A DNA stretch of 64,000 nt. Source: Thermoplasmata archaeon (GTDB taxonomy: Archaea > Thermoplasmatota > Thermoplasmata > Lutacidiplasmatales > UBA184). The notes under the pieces were generated by a model. The model was not told the DNA's origin, did no database searches, and was given only the letters and a program-made list of their open reading frames with translations. The stretch lies in NCBI GenBank assembly GCA_035499455.1, contig DATJYS010000001.1, positions 21,594 through 85,593 of the forward strand. Reading direction: 5' to 3'. The translations under genes and the position numbers were made by a program. Shown in pieces: positions 44,563-53,408 of the stretch; the stretch's first letter is position 1; the number at the start of each line of letters is the position of its first letter.

Positions 44563-45150
44563 TCAGGCCGACGCCAAGAGTTGACGGACCGCCGCGGGGA
44601 ACGACTCCGCGACCAGGTCGGGGGCGACCCCGTGAGCGGCGAACTCCGCATCGGTCTCGAGCGCGTGGAGCGGCCAGCGAACGCGCACGGTCCTCAGCCC
44701 GAGCTTCTGCCCGGCTTCGGCGTCGAGCACCCGGTCGCCAACCATGGCGCTCTTCGAGAGGTCGATCGACCACTCCCGCTGCGCCCGCTCGAACAGCTCC
44801 GTTCCGGGCTTCCGGCAGCGACAGCCGTGCTCCGGCGCGTGGGGGCAGTAGTAGAACGCGTCGACCCGGCCCCCCGTCGGAGCGATGATCGCGTTCAGGC
44901 GCTCGTGGATCCGGCGGACGTCCTCCTCGGTGTAGAACCCCCGCTCGATCCCGGATTGGTTCGTGACACAGAGGACGAGCCAGCCCTGCGAGCGTGCGAG
45001 GCGCAGCGCCTCCCCCACTCCCAGGAACACTTCGAGCCGGTCGGCGTCCTTGAGGTAGTGCAGGTCGGGATTGAGCGTCCCGTCGCGGTCGACGAACAGC
45101 GCTCGTCGCCCCGCGGCGTCTCCCCCGGGACCCGCCTCCGCAACCCCCAT
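44563..45150 (-). CDS. HAD-IIIA phosphatase, GmhB / histidinol-phosphatase-like
   Basis: ALFVDRDGTLN (DxDGT), VTNQSGI, Zn motif YYCPHAPEHGCRCRKPG, MVGDRVLD. ATG 45150. Confidence 0.8.
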   Translation of the reverse strand: MGVAEAGPGGDAAGRRALFVDRDGTLNPDLHYLKDADRLEVFLGVGEALRLARSQGWLVLCVTNQSGIERGFYTEEDVRRIHERLNAIIAPTGGRVDAFYYCPHAPEHGCRCRKPGTELFERAQREWSIDLSKSAMVGDRVLDAEAGQKLGLRTVRVRWPLHALETDAEFAAHGVAPDLVAESFPAAVRQLLASA

Positions 45151-45192
45151 GTTCCGGGGAGGGTCCTCGCGGGATAACGGTTCGGAGTTCCG

Positions 45193-45984
45193 ATGGTCGA
45201 CCCCACGACGCTCCCCGAGACCGTACGGTCCCTGCCCCGGACTCGCTGGCCAACGCTCGATGCCGCGCTCGATGCGGCGATGCTCCCCTGGCGGTCGCCC
45301 TCTGGTCCTCTGACGATCCTGTTCTCGGGGGGTGTCGACTCCGGAATCCTCGCCTGGGAGCTCCGGCAACGTCCGGCCACGACCCTCGCCACGGTGGGAC
45401 TCGCCGGGTCGGTCGACCTCGACTCAGCCCGGACGGCGGCGGCGGCAATCGGGCTCCCGTGGGTGGGCACCGAAGTTTCGGGCCAGGAGCTTGAGGAGGC
45501 GTTCGAGCGGGGTCGGGAGGAATTCGGCGGCCTTCCCGCTGCGCGGCAGAGTCTCTTTCTCGCCTTGGCGGTGGCGATCGAGCACGCTCCGGGTCCGGAC
45601 CTCCTCTGTGGCCAGGGAGCGGATGAGCTGTTCCTGGGATACGCCCACTATCGTGGTCTGGGTGTCCCCCTCGCGGCGGAGCGATCGGCGTCCGACCTGA
45701 CGGCGCTCCGGGAAGTCGACTGGCCCCTCACGGTTCGGATCGCCTCGAGGCGTGCTCGACGGATCCATGCCCCGTTCCTCGACCCCGGTTTCGTCGCCGC
45801 GACGCTCGAGATCCCCACCGCCCTGCGGAGTCCCGAACACGGAGCGAAGGCCCTCTGGCGCGCGTGGGCGCTCGGGCGCGGCCTGCCGCCGGCGATCGCC
45901 CACCGACCGAAGCGGGCGATGCAGTACGGCACCGGGATCGACCGATGGGTGCGACGTAGGGGGACGCGCCCTACTCGGCCGTGA
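45193..45984 (+). CDS. Asparagine-synthase-related PP-loop ATP pyrophosphatase (no glutaminase domain)
   Basis: ILFSGGVDSGILAWEL (SGGxDS) and LLCGQGADELFLGYAHY. Confidence 0.7.
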   Translation: MVDPTTLPETVRSLPRTRWPTLDAALDAAMLPWRSPSGPLTILFSGGVDSGILAWELRQRPATTLATVGLAGSVDLDSARTAAAAIGLPWVGTEVSGQELEEAFERGREEFGGLPAARQSLFLALAVAIEHAPGPDLLCGQGADELFLGYAHYRGLGVPLAAERSASDLTALREVDWPLTVRIASRRARRIHAPFLDPGFVAATLEIPTALRSPEHGAKALWRAWALGRGLPPAIAHRPKRAMQYGTGIDRWVRRRGTRPTRP

Positions 45985-46930
45985 CGCGCGTACCCGCCTC
46001 GCCCGCGAGGGCTCGCGGGAGCGACGGGATGTCGGTGATCACAAATCGGTGGCCCCCCGAGCGGAGGAAGCCGATGCCGGCCTCCACCTTCGGCCCCATG
46101 CTCCCCGAGGAGAACTCTCCTCGAGCGTGAAGGCGTTCGAGCTCCTCGAGCGTGACCCGACCGAGCCAGCGTTCGGACGGCCGACCGAACGAGACGGCGG
46201 CCCCCGGTACGTCGGTCACGATCGCCAGCGTCGGGACACCGAGCTCGGAGGCGACCAGGGCCGCCCCGAGATCCTTGTCGATCACCGCCTCGACGCCCTC
46301 ATACCGACCGCCCCCCCGACGCACCACGGGAACGCCTCCTCCTCCGGCGACGACCGGAATCCAGCGCTTGGCGAGGTCGGCGGAGAGAAGGGTCCGCACG
46401 GCGTGCCCCTCCAACCATCGGACCGGCCGCGGGGACGGGACGAGCCGGCGCCATCCGTGGCGGGCGACGTCGTGCTGCATCGTCCAACCGAACTGCTTCC
46501 GGACGAGGCGCGCCTCCTCCTCGGTGTAGAATCGACCGACCGGCTTGGTCGGGGAGCGGAACGCCGGGTCGCGGGCCCGCACCTCCATCCGGCTGATGAG
46601 CGGGAGCACCGCGCGATCGATCCGGGCCCGACGGAGCGCGGCTCCGAGCTCGGTCTGGATCAGGTAGCCGATCTGCCCCTGTGTCTCCGCGTCGAGCACG
46701 TCCAGGGGGCGTCGGGGGACCTCCCGGTCGCTCAGTTCGTTCTGGCGCAGCGAGAGCCCGACCTGGGGACCGTTGCCGTGGGTGAGGACGAGCTCGGCGG
46801 AACTCCGAGCCACCGCGGTCAGGCTCGCGGCGGCCCGTCGCATCCTCCCGCGCGCCTCCGTCCAGGAGTTGTCTCCCCCCGGCGAGTGGAGCGCGTTGCC
46901 TCCGAGAGCCACGAGGAGACCGGACGGCAT
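45971..46930 (-). CDS. arcC: Carbamate kinase
   Basis: LLVALGGNALHSPGG...LVLTHGNGPQVG...VVAGGGGVPVV...EAVIDKDLGAALVA. Confidence 0.85.
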   Translation of the reverse strand: MPSGLLVALGGNALHSPGGDNSWTEARGRMRRAAASLTAVARSSAELVLTHGNGPQVGLSLRQNELSDREVPRRPLDVLDAETQGQIGYLIQTELGAALRRARIDRAVLPLISRMEVRARDPAFRSPTKPVGRFYTEEEARLVRKQFGWTMQHDVARHGWRRLVPSPRPVRWLEGHAVRTLLSADLAKRWIPVVAGGGGVPVVRRGGGRYEGVEAVIDKDLGAALVASELGVPTLAIVTDVPGAAVSFGRPSERWLGRVTLEELERLHARGEFSSGSMGPKVEAGIGFLRSGGHRFVITDIPSLPRALAGEAGTRVTAE

Positions 46931-47109
46931 CGCGCCTCGATGCGCGGCTCCGAACTTGAGCCCGTCGGGCCGCGGGGGGTCGCAGCGCGTCGGCGCGCGC
47001 CACCCCGCGCGGCCGGATGCGCGTTCGTTCTCTGCTTCCCGCGGACCCGATAGCCTGGTTCTTAGTCATCATATGGCTCGCCCGGCTTCCGCCACGCGAG
47101 ACTGCCGGT

Positions 47110-47814
47110 GTGATCGCTCGCGTCCGTGTTCTGGAGTCCCCGCAACTGACCCCGACGGTACACGGCATCAAGCTCGAGAAGCCACCGGGATTCGACTTTG
47201 CTCCGGTCCAGTTCTGCGGCCTCGAACTCTCCACGTCCGAGGGACCGCTCGAGTATCCGATGTCGCTCGCCTGCTCTCCCACCCGTCCCTACCTGGAGTT
47301 CGGGGCGCGGATCTCCGACTCTCCGTGGAAGCGAGCGTTCGCGGCGCTTCGGCCGGGGGACGAGGCGGAGGTGGACGGCGCGTACGGCCACTTCGTCCTG
47401 GACGAACGCTCCCCCGCCGTACTCGTCGCGGGCGGGATCGGGATCACCCCGCTCAAGGGGATGGCAGAGTTTGCGTCCGATCGCCAGCTCCCTCTCGAGA
47501 TGCGCCTGGTGTACTCCAACCGGACCGAGGAGGAGATCGCCTACCGCGCGGAACTCGAGGGCCTTCGGAAGCAGAATCCCCACTTCCAGGTGTACCACAC
47601 GCTGACCCGGCCGGCCGACGGCTCCGGGTGGTCCGGTCGTCGGGGACGCATCGACCTCGCCCTTCTCGAGGAGGCGTCGCGCGGGTTGTCCCTGCCGATC
47701 TACTACGTCTGTGGCACGCCCGCGATGGTGCAGGGTACCTACCGCCTGCTGCAAGCCCAGGGCGTCGGCCCGGATCGCATCAAGTTCGAGGTCTTCCGTG
47801 GCTATGGCTTCTAG
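47110..47814 (+). CDS. FNR-like FAD/NAD(P)-binding oxidoreductase
   Basis: VIARVRVLESPQLTPTVHGIKLEKP...RPYLEFGARIS...VLVAGGIGITPLKGM...YYVCGTPAMV. GTG 47110 chosen because the AT-rich cttagtcatcatatgg lies at 47061-47076. Track ORF opens at 47017. Confidence 0.75.
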   Translation: MIARVRVLESPQLTPTVHGIKLEKPPGFDFAPVQFCGLELSTSEGPLEYPMSLACSPTRPYLEFGARISDSPWKRAFAALRPGDEAEVDGAYGHFVLDERSPAVLVAGGIGITPLKGMAEFASDRQLPLEMRLVYSNRTEEEIAYRAELEGLRKQNPHFQVYHTLTRPADGSGWSGRRGRIDLALLEEASRGLSLPIYYVCGTPAMVQGTYRLLQAQGVGPDRIKFEVFRGYGF

Positions 47815-47941
47815 CCTTCGATCCCTCGTGGGATGAGCGGAGCGGGCGCAGATCCAGCGGCCGGGACGGCACGATGGGGGACCAAGCCCCCAACACTGGC
47901 TCTTCGTGACCTGTTGGTACTGGTGACCCCGAGAAGTCCCG

Positions 47942-48157
47942 TTGCGTTTCGCCCACCGGTTCCAGGACCTGGAGCTCGACCGTCGCTCCCGTGTCCTCTT
48001 CGACCGGCAGGCCGTCGCGGTCGGCTCCGTCCCCCGGCGCACCGTGTGCCCCTTCGAGCAACGGAGGACCGCCTCCAACGCGCGGCTCTCCCGGGCGGCG
48101 GTGACGGATCGGACGGGACTGCCGGGACCGGTTCACCGTCACGGCATCGATAAATAG
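47942..48157 (+). CDS. Possible small basic protein (71 aa), unknown
   Basis: TTG-start ORF RFAHRFQDLELDRRSRVLFDRQAVAVGSVPRRTVCPFEQ... Hand count gives ~85-90% G/C at third positions, clearly higher than the other frames across this 360-nt gap. No family recognised. Confidence 0.3.
   Translation: MRFAHRFQDLELDRRSRVLFDRQAVAVGSVPRRTVCPFEQRRTASNARLSRAAVTDRTGLPGPVHRHGIDK
48149..48157 (+). promoter_or_regulatory. TATA-like element for purB
   Basis: gataaatag, 21-29 nt upstream of the purB GTG (48178). Confidence 0.45.
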
Positions 48158-48177
48158 CCCACCACGGGTCCCGAGGC

Positions 48178-49545
48178 GTGACGAGCGATTCCTCGTCGCT
48201 CATCTGCCCGATCGACTTCCGGTACGGCCGTCCCGAGGTGCGAGAACTGTTCTCCCGGGCCGCTCGGCTGCAGCGGGCGCTCCGCGTCGAAGCGGCGCTC
48301 GCCGCCACCGAGGCGGAGCTCGGGATGATCCCGAAGACCGACGCGGAGGCGATCGCCCGCGCGGCGACGATCGAGCATGTCCCCCTGGAGAAGGTGGACG
48401 CGATCGAAGCCCGGACCCAGCACGACGTGATGGCGATCACGCTCGCCCTCGCCGAGGCTGCGGGTCCGGCGGGCCGGTGGGTCCACTTCGGAGCCACGAG
48501 CGCCGACATCACCGAGACCGCGGCCGCGCTGGAGTTCCAGGAGGCGGTGCCGGTGCTCCGCACGGACCTGACGGCGTTCGCGCGGGTCCTGGCCACCCTC
48601 GCCCGGAGCCATCGCGAGACCCCCGAGGTCGCGCGAACGCACGGGCAGATCGGGATCCCGTTCTCGTTCGGTTACAAGATGGCGGTCGCGGCGGCCGAGG
48701 TCGTGCGCCAGCGGGAGCGGTTGGACCAGCTCGCGCCCCGGTTGTGCGTCGGCAAGATGGCCGGAGCGGTCGGCACCGGCGCCAGCTTCGGCGAGCGGGC
48801 CGCGGCCGTGGAGGAGGGGACGATGCGGCGGCTCGGCCTCACGGCGGACGATGCTCCGACCCAGATCGTGGGCCGCGACCGTCTCGCCGAGTTCACGAAC
48901 TACCTCGCGTTGCTCGCGGGGACCGTCGAGCGGATCGCGACCGAAGTGCGGAACCTCCAGCGGTCGGAGATCGGGGAGGTCGCGGAGCCGTTCGACGAGG
49001 AGCGGCAGGTCGGAAGCTCGACCATGGCCCAGAAGCGGAACCCGAGAGCCTCGGAGAACGCGACCAGTCTGGCGCGGATGATCCGCGCTCTCGCCCTCCC
49101 GCCGCTCGAGAACATGGTCCAGTGGCACGAGCGGGACCTCTCGAACTCGGCGAACGAGCGGATCGTCGTGCCGCACGCGGTGCTGCTCACGGACGACGTG
49201 CTGACGAAGCTCACCGAGGTGTTCGCCGGACTGACCGTGGACGCGGACCGGATGCAGCGCACCCTGGCGGCCGCCGGCGGAAGCGCGATGACCGAATCGC
49301 TGATGCTCGCGCTGACGTCGAAGGGCCTCGCGCGATCGGAGGCGCACGACGTGCTGCGCCGGCTCACCCACCGGCCCGAGGAGCCGCCACCGCTGCTCGA
49401 CCGGGCGCGGTCGGACGCGACGGTGCGGCGCCTGCTGAGCGCGGAGGAGATCGAGCGCACGCTCGACCCGCGGTCGTACGTTCGAGCGGCGGCCGCCAAG
49501 ACGGACCGGATCCTCGCCCGGCTCGGGCCGGTCCTCGCGGCATGA
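48178..49545 (+). CDS. purB: Adenylosuccinate lyase
   Basis: LICPIDFRYGRPEVRELFS..., HFGATSADITETA, and the fumarate-lyase signature GSSTMAQKRNP. Confidence 0.9.
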   Translation: MTSDSSSLICPIDFRYGRPEVRELFSRAARLQRALRVEAALAATEAELGMIPKTDAEAIARAATIEHVPLEKVDAIEARTQHDVMAITLALAEAAGPAGRWVHFGATSADITETAAALEFQEAVPVLRTDLTAFARVLATLARSHRETPEVARTHGQIGIPFSFGYKMAVAAAEVVRQRERLDQLAPRLCVGKMAGAVGTGASFGERAAAVEEGTMRRLGLTADDAPTQIVGRDRLAEFTNYLALLAGTVERIATEVRNLQRSEIGEVAEPFDEERQVGSSTMAQKRNPRASENATSLARMIRALALPPLENMVQWHERDLSNSANERIVVPHAVLLTDDVLTKLTEVFAGLTVDADRMQRTLAAAGGSAMTESLMLALTSKGLARSEAHDVLRRLTHRPEEPPPLLDRARSDATVRRLLSAEEIERTLDPRSYVRAAAAKTDRILARLGPVLAA

Positions 49546-49820
49546 GCGGTCCGTCGCGGCCGTGGCACGCCACGATCACCGTCACGACCCCCCGGCCGGA
49601 GGTCGCCGACTGGCTCGCGTCGGCGCTCGCCCCCGAGTCGTCGCGGGAGGTCCCCCGCGCCTCGGCCTCCATCGGGCGCGCCGGACCGGCGAGCCTCTCG
49701 GTCTCGATCGACGCGGCCGACGCGGGGGCGATGCGCGCGGCGCTGAACACCTACTTGGGCTGGGTGGAGCTGTCGCTGGCGACGGTCGCTGCGTCGGAGC
49801 CGTCGAACCGCCGCGCGTAG
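49542..49820 (+). CDS. pcc1: KEOPS subunit Pcc1
   Basis: WHATITVTTPRPEVADWLASALAPES...LSVSIDAADAGAMRAALNTYLGWVELS. ATGA overlap with the purB stop. Confidence 0.7.
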   Translation: MSGPSRPWHATITVTTPRPEVADWLASALAPESSREVPRASASIGRAGPASLSVSIDAADAGAMRAALNTYLGWVELSLATVAASEPSNRRA

Positions 49821-49845
49821 CCGAAGTGCTTATCTTCGGGGTCCG

Positions 49846-50238
49846 GTGGGACGGCCCGTGGCGCTCCCGGCGAAGCTCCAGAACGACCTGAAGCAGTTTC
49901 AACGGCTCCAGCAGGAGCTCGGCGGGACGCAGCAGCAGCGGCTCCAGCTCGACCTGAAGCTCCGCGAGGTCACGCACACCCTCGAGGAGCTCAAGGGGAT
50001 CCCGGAGGACGCGGTCGTCTACCGTCCGATCGGGGGCCTCATGGTGAAGGCGAAGAACCGCGCGGAAGTGGAGGGGATCCTCACCGAGGACAAGGAGACC
50101 CTCGAGGTTCGCCTGAAGGCGATCGAGCGCCAGGAGAACCATCTGAAGGAGCGCTACACCGAGATGCAGAAGGATCTCACGCAGCAGCTCCAGGCCGCCG
50201 GGATCTCGCCCGAGACGGGCGAGGGGCCCGAGGCGTAG
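49846..50238 (+). CDS. pfdB: Prefoldin beta subunit
   Basis: LQNDLKQFQRLQQELGGTQQQRLQLDLKLREVTHTLEELKGIPEDAVVYRPIGGLMVKAKNRAEV...LEVRLKAIERQENHLKERY. GTG at 49846 or 49858. Confidence 0.85.
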   Translation: MGRPVALPAKLQNDLKQFQRLQQELGGTQQQRLQLDLKLREVTHTLEELKGIPEDAVVYRPIGGLMVKAKNRAEVEGILTEDKETLEVRLKAIERQENHLKERYTEMQKDLTQQLQAAGISPETGEGPEA

Positions 50239-50247
50239 GCCCCGCGC

Positions 50248-51309
50248 CTACGACCGGCGCCGCGTCAGGCGCTCCGCCAGCTCTCCGAGCAACGGCTTTC
50301 CTTCGGTCCGGATCGCCCGGCTCCGCTTCAGCCGGCTCAAGGCCCGGGCGGTCAGCTGGGCGATCCGCTGCTCGGAGTACTCGAGGCTGCCGGTCGACCG
50401 GATCGTCTCACTCGCCGCGGCCACCTCGGCCGGGCTCGCATCGGGGTTGCCGAGGACGCGCCGCAGGCTCTCCCGATCCGGCTCCTTGCCGGTCTGCCAG
50501 GCGCGGACGACCAGCAACGTGCGCTTTCCCTCGATCAGGTCGTTCGCGCTCTTTCCCGCCTCCGCGGCGTCGAACCCCGCGCCCAGGACGTCGTCGCGGA
50601 GCTGGAAGGCGACCCCGAGGTCGGTGGCGATCGATTCGATGTCGCGGAGCGAGGTCGGCCGCGCGCCGCCCAGCAGGGAGCCGATCTTGAGCGGGGCCGA
50701 GACCGTGTAGACGGCGGACTTGAGCCGGTGAACGTCCAGCACTTCCGCCTCGCTCACCGCGCCCGGCGCGAGCGTGCCGTTGCGGATGTCGAGCAGCTGA
50801 CCGTAGGCGGTCAGCCGCGTCATCTGGACGTACTCGGCGAGCGCCGCGAGCCGGGCCGCCGCGGGGACCTTGACGGAGAGGAGCGCCTCGACGGTGAACG
50901 GTTCCTCGACATCCCCGAGGGTGATGCCGATCCCGACCCCGTAGTCGTCGGCGGAGCCGCCGAGGGCTTCGCGCCGGTGGGCGGCGGCGAGCGCGCGGTG
51001 CACCGCGACCCCGCCCCGCCGCTCCTCGGCGTGGTCGATGATGTCGTCGTGGATCAGCATCCAACTCTGGAAGTGCTCGACCGCCGCCGCGGCGTCCAGC
51101 ACCGGGCGCGGGTCCCGACCGGTCGCGAGATAGTACCCCGCCAGGACGAGGACCGCGCGGAACCGCTTCCCGCCCCGCAGCGTGAAATCGCGGTTCAGGT
51201 CGAGGTACGGTCGCAGCGAGGCCGGAGCGGAGGTCCCGGCGTTCGCGTACGACGCGCGGAGGCGGTCCTCGAGCCTCGGCAGGTAGCGGTAGAGCTGGGC
51301 GACGTCCAC
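50248..51309 (-). CDS. idsA: Polyprenyl (geranylgeranyl) diphosphate synthase
   Basis: GGKRFRAVLVLAGY..., first Asp-rich motif LIHDDIIDHAEERRG, second FQLRDDVLG. GTG 51309 (VDVAQLYRYL). The rest of track ORF 50248..52293 is spurious. Confidence 0.85.
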   Translation of the reverse strand: MDVAQLYRYLPRLEDRLRASYANAGTSAPASLRPYLDLNRDFTLRGGKRFRAVLVLAGYYLATGRDPRPVLDAAAAVEHFQSWMLIHDDIIDHAEERRGGVAVHRALAAAHRREALGGSADDYGVGIGITLGDVEEPFTVEALLSVKVPAAARLAALAEYVQMTRLTAYGQLLDIRNGTLAPGAVSEAEVLDVHRLKSAVYTVSAPLKIGSLLGGARPTSLRDIESIATDLGVAFQLRDDVLGAGFDAAEAGKSANDLIEGKRTLLVVRAWQTGKEPDRESLRRVLGNPDASPAEVAAASETIRSTGSLEYSEQRIAQLTARALSRLKRSRAIRTEGKPLLGELAERLTRRRS

Positions 51310-51332
51310 GGCGCCTGCGTCTGGACGGGGAC

Positions 51333-51342
51333 CATATTTAAC
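51333..51342. promoter_or_regulatory. Single AT-rich TATA-like element shared by divergent idsA and TPR genes
   Basis: catatttaac lies 24-33 nt from the idsA GTG (51309) and 22-31 nt from ATG 51364. The two start codons are only 54 nt apart. Confidence 0.45.
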
Positions 51343-51363
51343 ACAGAGCGATTGGCGCCTTCG

Positions 51364-52470
51364 ATGGCAAGCACGCCGTTCGTCCAGCTGGCGGGGAGCG
51401 TCGTCGAGGCGATGGGCGAGCGGATGGACGCGGTCAAGCCGACCCCCGAAGGCGTCGTCGTCCAGACGAGCGACGGCCTCCTCTACGCGTTCCTCGAGGA
51501 CCCGACGAAGGTCTCCCTCGGAGCGGCCCGCCGCCTGCTCGAGAGCGGGCCCGGGGGGTCGGTGCGCCTCGTCGTGCTCACCCCAGGCCACCTGCCGCTC
51601 GTCATCGCAGCCGAGCTCGCCCGCGCGGGAGCGACCCTGGTCGAGGGACCGCGGTTCGCCGAGCTCGTCCGTCAGCTGGGTCTCGGCACGCTGCTCGGGG
51701 AGGAGCCGCGCGCGATCCCTGCGGACCAGCGGCGCCTTCTGCCGAGCGCTCAGCAGCTGGATGACGTGATGCAACGGGCTCGGACGTGGCTCGGCTGGGG
51801 GGTTCCAGCCCTCTCGTTGCGGTTCTACCGCCAGGCTGCGGCGCTGAAGCCCGAGTTCGTCCCGGCGAAGATCGGGCTCGGGCGCTCGCTCCTCGCGCTC
51901 GGTCTTCCCGACGACGCGGACCGCCTGTTCGACGAGGTGATCGCAGCCCATCCCGACGACGTGGACGCGCGTCTGGGAAAGGCGGCCGTCCTCGGCGCGA
52001 AGGCGAAGCCCGACCGGGAAGTGGAGGTCTACCGGGCGCTGCTCGCCGAGGACGAGGCGCGGACCGAGGTCCGGGCCCATCTGGTGGCTGCCTTGGTCGA
52101 CCTGGGCGACTGGCCCAGCGCGCGCGTGGAGCTCGAAGCGATGCTCTCCCGCACCCCCGAGGACCCGCAGCTGCGATTCCTGCATGCGGTCTCCCTGACG
52201 AAGACCGGCGAGTCGCGCCTCGGGGAGGAGGAGCGGAAGGAAGCGCGAACGCTCGGGCTGCCGTACGACCGTGAGGTAGCCCTCTGCGAGCACCTCGGCC
52301 TTCCGGCCCCCGAACGTCCACCCCCGTCCGAAGGGTCGAGGACCCTTTCCCGCGCCGCCCCGACGACCGCCGCTCCCGTCCGTCCGCCGAAGTCCGCCAG
52401 ATCGACCCGGCGGGCACGGGCGCCCTCGGCTGCCCCAAAGAAGGCGCGTCCCACCCGCAAACGTAAGTAG
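51364..52470 (+). CDS. TPR-repeat protein with N-terminal endonuclease-like (Mrr-cat-like) domain and Lys/Arg-rich tail
   Basis: N-terminus: VVVQTSDGLLYAFLEDPTKVSLGAARRLL...VRLVVLTPGHLPLVIAAELARAGATLVEGPRFAELV. TPR-like helices follow (ALSLRFYRQAAALKPEFVPAKIGLGRSLLALG...). Tail: RPPKSARSTRRARAPSAAPKKARPTRKRK. Confidence 0.6.
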   Translation: MASTPFVQLAGSVVEAMGERMDAVKPTPEGVVVQTSDGLLYAFLEDPTKVSLGAARRLLESGPGGSVRLVVLTPGHLPLVIAAELARAGATLVEGPRFAELVRQLGLGTLLGEEPRAIPADQRRLLPSAQQLDDVMQRARTWLGWGVPALSLRFYRQAAALKPEFVPAKIGLGRSLLALGLPDDADRLFDEVIAAHPDDVDARLGKAAVLGAKAKPDREVEVYRALLAEDEARTEVRAHLVAALVDLGDWPSARVELEAMLSRTPEDPQLRFLHAVSLTKTGESRLGEEERKEARTLGLPYDREVALCEHLGLPAPERPPPSEGSRTLSRAAPTTAAPVRPPKSARSTRRARAPSAAPKKARPTRKRK

Positions 52471-52502
52471 CGGAGCCCCGACTCGGAGCGCCAGGGACTC
52501 CG

Positions 52503-53408
52503 ATGCGGGTCGTATCGGTCCTGCCGAGCGCCACGGAGATCGTCTTCGCGCTCGGGCACGGCCGCGAGCTGGTCGGCCGGAGCGCGGAGTGCGACTTCCC
52601 CGAGGAGGTGACGTCCGTCCCGATCGTCATGCACCCCCGGTCCTGGGACCAGGACCGTCCGTCCGGCGAGATCGATGCCCGGGTCCGTTCCGTGCGGGCG
52701 ACCGGGGAGAGCCTCTACACTCTCGATGTCGAGCGGCTGCGCGGTCTGCGACCGGATCTTCTGCTCACCCAGGACCTCTGCGGGGTCTGCTCCGTCACCG
52801 ATCGGGAAGTGGAGGAGGCGTGCGCGGTCGCCGGGGTCCGGCCCCGGATCCTTTCGCTCTCCCCGCGGCGCCTCGAGGACGTCTGGCGCTCGGTCGAGCA
52901 GGTCGGAGCGGCGCTGGGGGACTCCCGTCGAGGAGAGACTGTGGCCACGGTCCTTCGCGAGCGCGCCGAGTCGAGGGGCGGGCCCGCGACCGCGCGGGTC
53001 GCGATCGTCGAATGGCTGGACCCTCCGATCCTCGCCGGATTGTGGACGCCGGAGATCATCGCCGCGGGCGGGGGAGTCCCCCTCGGCCCGGGGGCGGGCG
53101 ACGTGGGGGAACGAACCTCCTGGGAAGCGATCCGCGCCCTGCGGCCGGATCTCGTCGTGCTCAGCCCGTGCAGTTTCACGGTTGGCCGGACCCGAAGGGA
53201 GCTCGCGAACGCCCGGATCTCGCACGGGGTCGCGTCCGTTAAACCGCGCCTCGGGACGTTCATCGCCGACGAGGCGTACTTCAGCCGCCCCGGGCCCCGT
53301 CTCGCCGACGGGGTCGAGCTCGTGCGCCGACTGGTGGACGGAGCGCCGGCCGAGTTCCCGATGCCCGTGGATCGGTGGAGTTCGGACGAGGTGGGGGCGT
53401 CGGCATGA
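52503..53408 (+). CDS. BtuF/FhuD-type (class III periplasmic-binding-fold) cobalamin/siderophore-binding protein without signal peptide
   Basis: MRVVSVLPSATEIVFALGHGRELVGRSAECDFPEEV...LRPDLLLTQDLC...RPDLVVLSPC. Begins directly with the first beta strand. Confidence 0.7.
   Translation: MRVVSVLPSATEIVFALGHGRELVGRSAECDFPEEVTSVPIVMHPRSWDQDRPSGEIDARVRSVRATGESLYTLDVERLRGLRPDLLLTQDLCGVCSVTDREVEEACAVAGVRPRILSLSPRRLEDVWRSVEQVGAALGDSRRGETVATVLRERAESRGGPATARVAIVEWLDPPILAGLWTPEIIAAGGGVPLGPGAGDVGERTSWEAIRALRPDLVVLSPCSFTVGRTRRELANARISHGVASVKPRLGTFIADEAYFSRPGPRLADGVELVRRLVDGAPAEFPMPVDRWSSDEVGASA

Noticed and set aside
47780-48142. 120-aa minus-strand ORF in the FNR/purB gap
   Set aside because: It overlaps the 3' end of the FNR-like gene. 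Third-position G/C (~76% over a 34-codon sample) is lower than that of the competing plus-frame ORF. There are no motifs.
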